From: Pseudoalteromonas translucida KMM 520
GTDB taxonomy: Bacteria; Pseudomonadota; Gammaproteobacteria; Enterobacterales; Alteromonadaceae
NCBI RefSeq assembly: GCF_001465295.1
Contig: NZ_CP011035.1
Span: 725,206-757,205 of the forward strand
Length of the DNA stretch: 32,000 nt
Direction: 5' to 3'
The translations under genes and the position numbers were made by a program. Of the stretch, positions 28,116-32,000 are shown piece by piece. Under the pieces are notes generated by a model. The model was not told where the DNA came from and made no database searches. It was given only the letters and a program-made list of their open reading frames with translations. Within the stretch, counting starts at the first letter, position 1. The number at the start of each line of letters is the position of its first letter.

Positions 28116-28386
28116 ATTCATTCCTCATTCCTATTTACCTGATACAACGAAATTAACGTATGCAGGGCTGTTTGTTCAAGGACTAAATTCACTATTTACT
28201 AATTATTTAGTTATGGGTTAGGTAATTAATATATTTAGCCGTATATGTTGGGCCCTTAGCGCAAGTATAAAATGGTAAATAGAAAACATATAATCAATAT
28301 AAAACATATAGTTAAGTTAGATCATGGTTACTTTTGAGTTGTTGACCTACATTCAATCTGAGTTAATTGTTATAACAGACTAAATT

Positions 28387-28403
28387 AGGAACACATCATA
28401 CTT
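28387..28403 (-). other. Ter-like motif copy a (candidate Tus-binding site)
   Basis: The minus strand reads AAGTATGATGTGTTCCT. It is one of three near-identical 17-mers. Its first 11 nt match E. coli Ter positions 4-14 (AAGTATGTTGT) at 10/11. Confidence 0.45.
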
Positions 28404-29111
28404 TAAATGCATCAGGTGTATCATTAGCTTTACAGCAAACTTAAATAATAATTAACCAATGACTATGCGCTTTTAAAAATACATGCTATGTCGCGTTTTA
28501 TTTGCCACAACAACACATATAAGAGGTTTATATACAGCGGCTAATGCTCAACCTGGTTAAGGTTAAAGTACTCATTTTTAGTTCGGTACTAAGTTTTATA
28601 AAAATGTGAATACTGGTAGTTATTATCGAGGTTAAAATTTATTACAACACGTTTAGTTTTTACGCTTAATAATCTTATGCAGTTAAGCGTAATAGATATA
28701 ACAACGTAAGTATTACCCCTTTGGTATAATACTATACGTAAAGCTTATATCAGCTATGTATTCAAGTCACCCGTTTTGAACGGCGCTAATTTATACCACT
28801 AGCCTCTTCATTAGTTCAGTTACAGGGCAACTCAAAACGGTTTGCGCTCTACTGTAATTAATAAATGTATATTCAGCGCTCACAAACTAAATACTTCAAG
28901 CACCCTAAAGTATGACCCGGTTAATAATATCAAGCTCACTTAAAAGCCTAGCTACAAATTATGGCTAAAGTTAAATTACACTGAGAAGCTAATAGACCGT
29001 TTTTTGCTGTAACTTATATCGGTATACAAATGTGAATATTGGGGAATTATTATTAATATCCAACCTACTCAAATGCATAAACACGAGTTATTAAGTTTAA
29101 CAAAAGAGATA

Positions 29112-29128
29112 AAGAACACATCGTACTT
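29112..29128 (-). other. Ter-like motif copy b (candidate Tus-binding site)
   Basis: The minus strand reads AAGTACGATGTGTTCTT. It is the inverted partner of copy c, with 18-bp arms (29111-29128 and 29211-29228) complementary at 17/18. Confidence 0.45.
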
Positions 29129-29210
29129 AATTAAGTATAAGGTTATCTAAGCACTGAGTAAAATTAAATTATTAGTTAAACAAAGATAAGGTTATGTGCG
29201 ATAATTAGTT

Positions 29211-29227
29211 AAGTAAGATGTGTTCTT
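29211..29227 (+). other. Ter-like motif copy c, abutting the tus ribosome-binding site
   Basis: The plus strand reads AAGTAAGATGTGTTCTT, followed by tGGAGGttgcATG (the tus start). The position is analogous to TerB upstream of E. coli tus. Confidence 0.45.
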
Positions 29228-29237
29228 TGGAGGTTGC

Positions 29238-30113
29238 ATGGTAACTAAAGTACAAATAAGAAGTCAGTTTGATTTAATGAGCGAACTAACATTAAGGCTA
29301 ATAGAAGAGCTTAACCTGTGTGAATATACAAAAGCCGAATATTATCAACTTCCCGATATAAGCACAGTTGATGAAAATAAAGTAGCCGAATCGATTAAGG
29401 TTACTAAAATATCAGGCGAACTAGCACATAAAGCTATATTAAATTCCTTTACTGATATTTATAAAAAACAAGGGCTAAGTAGCCGGGTTTTAAAGCGTCA
29501 CCCTGGCCTATTGGTTATAAAAAATGCTGACAAACAAGCATTAATTAATCGAATTGCTCAAGTAAATAAAGCAAAAGCAGCGTTTAAAGAGTGCATTTTA
29601 GCTATTGATAACAACGATGCTCGTTTTGAAGCGGTACATAATGCAGTACCCAACTTAATTACTTTGGCTGCTTATCGAAAAATTCATAGTGAACATGAAT
29701 CGCCTTTTTCAGTACGATTTACCTGGATGCACAAACATGCAACTAAAACACTGACCAAAAAAATGGCCCTCGAAATGTTACAAAAGTCAGCTAGTTATAG
29801 AAACCCCAGAATGATCGATCAGCAAAAATGGCAGGCGCTAGTAGCACAAGAGCAATTACGGGTAGCAAGTTTAGGTGAAAAAGAAAAACTTAGAATTAGG
29901 CGCCCTACTCGGGTTAGCCCTCAGGTAAATGTGCGTTATACCGCGCAAAACCGTTATCACGTAAGTGCGGCGCTACCTTTTATTTTAATAAACCCAGAAC
30001 CAGACGTAAAACTGGGGTTATTACCAAATTACGAAAAGCCATTAAGTCATCCACGAAAACGTGACTATGATTTTTTAGTAGATCGACTTTATTTAGAACA
30101 AGTAGAAAAGTGA
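29238..30113 (+). CDS. tus: DNA replication terminus site-binding protein (Tus homologue)
   Basis: By-eye alignment to E. coli Tus: [22 protein letters not shown] / [31 protein letters not shown] / [26 protein letters not shown] / LKIKRPVKVQPIARVWY; LPFILIN / TPLIALIN. The ATG at 29238 has a GGAGG 4 nt upstream. The track's GTG at 29220 is unlikely. Confidence 0.82.
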   Translation: [291 protein letters not shown]

Positions 30114-30122
30114 TTATGTTAA

Positions 30123-30145
30123 AAAGGTCACGCTAGGTGACCTTT
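30123..30145. terminator. Bidirectional terminator between convergent tus and rep genes
   Basis: AAAGGTCAC-gctag-GTGACCTTT with A-run and T-rich flanks. Confidence 0.75.
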
Positions 30146-30172
30146 GTTATTATTGGACTCTGCAATAAAAAA

Positions 30173-31402
30173 TTACTTATCTACTATTTCAACAAGTTTG
30201 TCTTCATCAATAAGCACAGCATTTTCTACAATACGCTTACCGCCTTGTATTTCAATACGTTTATTGTGTTTATTCAGAGTAAGTATTTCATCACAAAATT
30301 GATCTGATGGATGCATTTCGTAAGTGTAGTCAATAATATTACCGGTTTTATCGTCTTTAACATTGGTAATACTGTACTCAGAGATAGCCCCTTTTTCGAT
30401 CAAATCTTTCATTGTTGTGGTCATATCACGACGCAGCGCTTTTAATTTATTTTCGGTAATATTATCCGTTGAATAAATTGAGCCGTACTTTTCCATAATA
30501 GACAATAATCTAAAATGGTATGTTTTTCCCGGAGCTGCATAACGCCAAAGGTGATATAAGCGCAGCATCATCCAACGCGATAATCCGCGTTTTAATTCTT
30601 GGGCGCTGTTAAAGTAATATCCTTTGTATTCAAGGTTATCAATCATGTTATGTACAAATGCATTTAAACACGCAACACATTTAACATTACCGCCTTGCCC
30701 TTTTTTTCCACTAAAATGCAGTGACGATAAAAAGTTCATATTCGATTCGTAAAACGAATCATCAATGTTTGTATTTTTTGTATCTGTTGCTGAATATTTA
30801 AACGAAAGTTTTGAGCCTTGTAATGCTTCAAGTGATTCTTTAATTTGTGGATATGGCATAGATTGGCCAACGGTTTTCAGCTCTTGTGCTAATTCGTTCA
30901 TCGAAAAAACAACAGCATATTGAATACCGGACTTAAAATTTATTTTTACTATTTTGCCTTTAGAAGCTAAACGGATCAGCGCACGCTCTACTTTTTCTTC
31001 TCTATCTGACGGCCAAACCAAATATTCTACGTCTTCACCATCTTTGCGTGTGCTAACAACCGCCGGCGTTATTTTTAATTCGCCGTCGTACAAAATACCA
31101 TCTATTTTTTCAGATATTTTGCGTGTAATTATTGTTTTTTTAGGTGCTTCTTCTAATGGTAATTTTTTATGCCCCGAACGGACAAAGCGTCCCCATAAAT
31201 CATAATGGTTAAAAGTATTCGAATAAGCACGTAATCCATGAGCTGCATTTTCTATCGAAATCCGCACATCTTTATTATCTGTAAACAGTGCTAAGCTTTC
31301 ATTATCAATTGCACTTTCCACCCCGTGAATTTGGCCCCTTAGTGTATCGGGCAAGTTATCTACCGAGATGTTGACCTTTCGGCTCATTGTTGTTATTTCC
31401 AT
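30173..31402 (-). CDS. Plasmid-type replication initiator (Rep; possibly TrfA-like), family not resolved
   Basis: This large ORF (about 405-410 aa) is very AT-rich and lies directly adjacent to 19-bp iterons, with inverted iterons over its upstream region. The segment LSRWMMLRLYHLWRYAAPGKTYHFRLLSIMEKYGS loosely recalls the TrfA motif LAQWLHGYYSSHAKPFPVKVETLRELSGS. The start is ambiguous (ATG at 31402 or 31387; the track's start at 31429 is a GTG). Confidence 0.6.
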   Translation of the reverse strand: MEITTMSRKVNISVDNLPDTLRGQIHGVESAIDNESLALFTDNKDVRISIENAAHGLRAYSNTFNHYDLWGRFVRSGHKKLPLEEAPKKTIITRKISEKIDGILYDGELKITPAVVSTRKDGEDVEYLVWPSDREEKVERALIRLASKGKIVKINFKSGIQYAVVFSMNELAQELKTVGQSMPYPQIKESLEALQGSKLSFKYSATDTKNTNIDDSFYESNMNFLSSLHFSGKKGQGGNVKCVACLNAFVHNMIDNLEYKGYYFNSAQELKRGLSRWMMLRLYHLWRYAAPGKTYHFRLLSIMEKYGSIYSTDNITENKLKALRRDMTTTMKDLIEKGAISEYSITNVKDDKTGNIIDYTYEMHPSDQFCDEILTLNKHNKRIEIQGGKRIVENAVLIDEDKLVEIVDK

Positions 31403-31457
31403 TTTTATTGCGACAGCTAATAACAACACATAAAGACAAAAAAGTTAAATGTTTAAG

Positions 31458-31476
31458 TTAGTATAAAAGTGATCTG
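31458..31476 (+). repeat. Iteron 1
   Basis: TTAGTATAAAAGTGATCTG; consensus TTAGTAWAAARNTGATCTG. Confidence 0.75.
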
Positions 31477-31493
31477 AGCTAAAATAAAACCTT

Positions 31494-31512
31494 CGGATCA
31501 CTATTATACTAA
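31494..31512 (-). repeat. Iteron 2 (inverted)
   Basis: The minus strand reads TTAGTATAATAGTGATCCG. Confidence 0.7.
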
Positions 31513-31535
31513 GCGGATGCTAATTAACTTAATTT

Positions 31536-31554
31536 CAGATCATTATTTTACTAA
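31536..31554 (-). repeat. Iteron 3 (inverted)
   Basis: The minus strand reads TTAGTAAAATAATGATCTG. Confidence 0.7.
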
Positions 31555-31565
31555 CTAGGCGGTTA

Positions 31566-31584
31566 CAAATCTCATTTTTACTAA
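31566..31584 (-). repeat. Iteron 4 (inverted, degenerate, lacks GATC)
   Basis: The minus strand reads TTAGTAAAAATGAGATTTG. Confidence 0.45.
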
Positions 31585-31662
31585 CTCAGTGAGATTTTTG
31601 TCCATTACAAAGCTAAATTTTTAATATTTAACACGACAAATTAACTAAAAAACTAAAAGCCC

Positions 31663-31671
31663 TGTTGATAA
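31663..31671 (-). promoter_or_regulatory. DnaA-box-like 9-mer (one mismatch)
   Basis: TGTTGATAA equals TTATCAACA on the minus strand, versus the consensus TTATCCACA. It lies in the AT-rich spacer between the iteron groups. Confidence 0.3.
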
Positions 31672-31688
31672 GCATATATTGAGTTAGC

Positions 31689-31725
31689 ATAGATCTGATC
31701 TGTACCTACTACAGATCAGATCTAT
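31689..31725. repeat. Perfect 16-bp-arm palindrome carrying four GATC sites
   Basis: ATAGATCTGATCTGTA-cctac-TACAGATCAGATCTAT. The half-site AGATCTGATCT recurs at 31893-31903. Confidence 0.9.
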
Positions 31726-31779
31726 ACTAATTAAAAGCCTTCTTTTACTACAGAGTCGGTGTATAACTTTATAATTTAC

Positions 31780-31798
31780 TTAGTATAAAACTGATCTA
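31780..31798 (+). repeat. Iteron 5
   Basis: TTAGTATAAAACTGATCTA. Confidence 0.75.
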
Positions 31799-31862
31799 AC
31801 AGACCTTTTTTGTGCACAACTTAATGATTAACCTGTGTGTAACTATTGTTTTAATTTACAGC

Positions 31863-31881
31863 TTAGTAAAAAGCTGATCTG
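31863..31881 (+). repeat. Iteron 6
   Basis: TTAGTAAAAAGCTGATCTG. Confidence 0.75.
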
Positions 31882-31907
31882 CAAGTAGATAAAGATCTGA
31901 TCTTAAC

Positions 31908-31926
31908 CAAGTATAAAGTTGATCTG
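31908..31926 (+). repeat. Iteron 7
   Basis: CAAGTATAAAGTTGATCTG. Confidence 0.7.
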
Positions 31927-32000
31927 CTTATTTTATTATTATTCATATAAATCATGTGTTTATCACCTATATTTAAGCCTCTATCCTTTAATACCTTATA

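Larger units (their letters stand above)
31440..32000. other. Iteron-type, Dam-site-rich replication origin (oriV-like; continues beyond the window)
   Basis: There are seven 19-bp iterons next to the rep gene. I counted 12 GATC in about 560 bp, against roughly 2 expected from composition. AT-rich tracts lie at 31590-31660 and 31926-31950. No ORF is present. Confidence 0.75.

Noticed and set aside
28218-28307. Minus-strand 29-codon ORF (MFYIDYMFSIYHFILALRAQHIRLNILIT) rich in Phe and Tyr, about 100 nt upstream of the DAHP synthase gene. It could be an attenuator leader peptide.
   Set aside because: There is no convincing terminator/antiterminator hairpin or U-run between it and the gene, and no RBS. 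TTT and TAT codons are expected by chance in such AT-rich DNA.
28483-28560. Plus-strand 25-codon ORF (MLCRVLFATTTHIRGLYTAANAQPG) with a Thr-Thr-Thr-His run, as a possible leader peptide or small protein.
   Set aside because: It has no RBS, no downstream Thr or His biosynthesis gene and no attenuator structure.
30114-30124. TTATGTTAAAA, a 10/11 match to the XerD arm of dif, just after the tus stop codon (TGA 30111-30113).
   Set aside because: The corresponding XerC arm (AACAAGTAGAA) matches only 4/11 and lacks CATAA. An AT-rich 11-mer with one mismatch is expected by chance.
31811-31968. Additional DnaA-box-like 9-mers (TGTGCACAA at 31811-31819; TTATCACCT at 31960-31968).
   Set aside because: Each has two to three mismatches to TTATCCACA, which is indistinguishable from background in AT-rich DNA.
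1-32000. Search for CRISPR arrays, tRNA/rRNA genes, IS elements or transposases, and toxin-antitoxin or known defence-system gene sets.
   Set aside because: No regularly spaced direct repeats with unique spacers were seen. No tRNA T-arm motifs (GGTTCGAATCC-like) or rRNA-like stretches were seen, and no transposase-like ORFs. The only mobile-element-type gene is the lone tyrosine recombinase.

Overview
AT-rich (roughly 30-42% GC by eye) gammaproteobacterial DNA whose proteins look marine Alteromonadales/Pseudoalteromonas-like; the taxon cannot be verified here. From 1 to 28.1 kb the window holds ordinary chromosomal and accessory genes. These are a TonB-receptor 3' end, asd, a BacNav-type voltage-gated channel, and a small YwbE/DUF4240 pair. 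Next come LexA-controlled umuDC, a MarR/siderophore-reductase/LLM oxidoreductase group, and an Lrp-ocd-ctlX-AGCS transporter module flanked by two patatin-like lipases. Then follow a SYLF lipoprotein, an AT-rich tyrosine-recombinase/cation-proton-antiporter pair, ydiJ-like FAD/Fe-S dehydrogenase, ppsA/ppsR and a class II DAHP synthase. The last 4 kb is a plasmid-type replication module. It starts with a 1.1-kb ORF-free region, followed by a Tus homologue and a large Rep-like initiator. It ends in a GATC-dense iteron field that runs off the window. The replicon therefore looks like a chromid or second chromosome. The most interesting signals are: (1) three copies of a 17-bp Ter-like motif upstream of tus, two of them inverted into an ~80-bp putative fork trap that would force unidirectional replication; (2) the iteron/Dam-site origin with a 37-bp perfect palindrome; (3) a dif-like 28-mer with a perfect XerD arm, 0.8 kb from an orphan tyrosine recombinase. 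No rRNA, tRNA, CRISPR array or IS transposase was recognised. All homology calls come from reading the translations, not from database searches.
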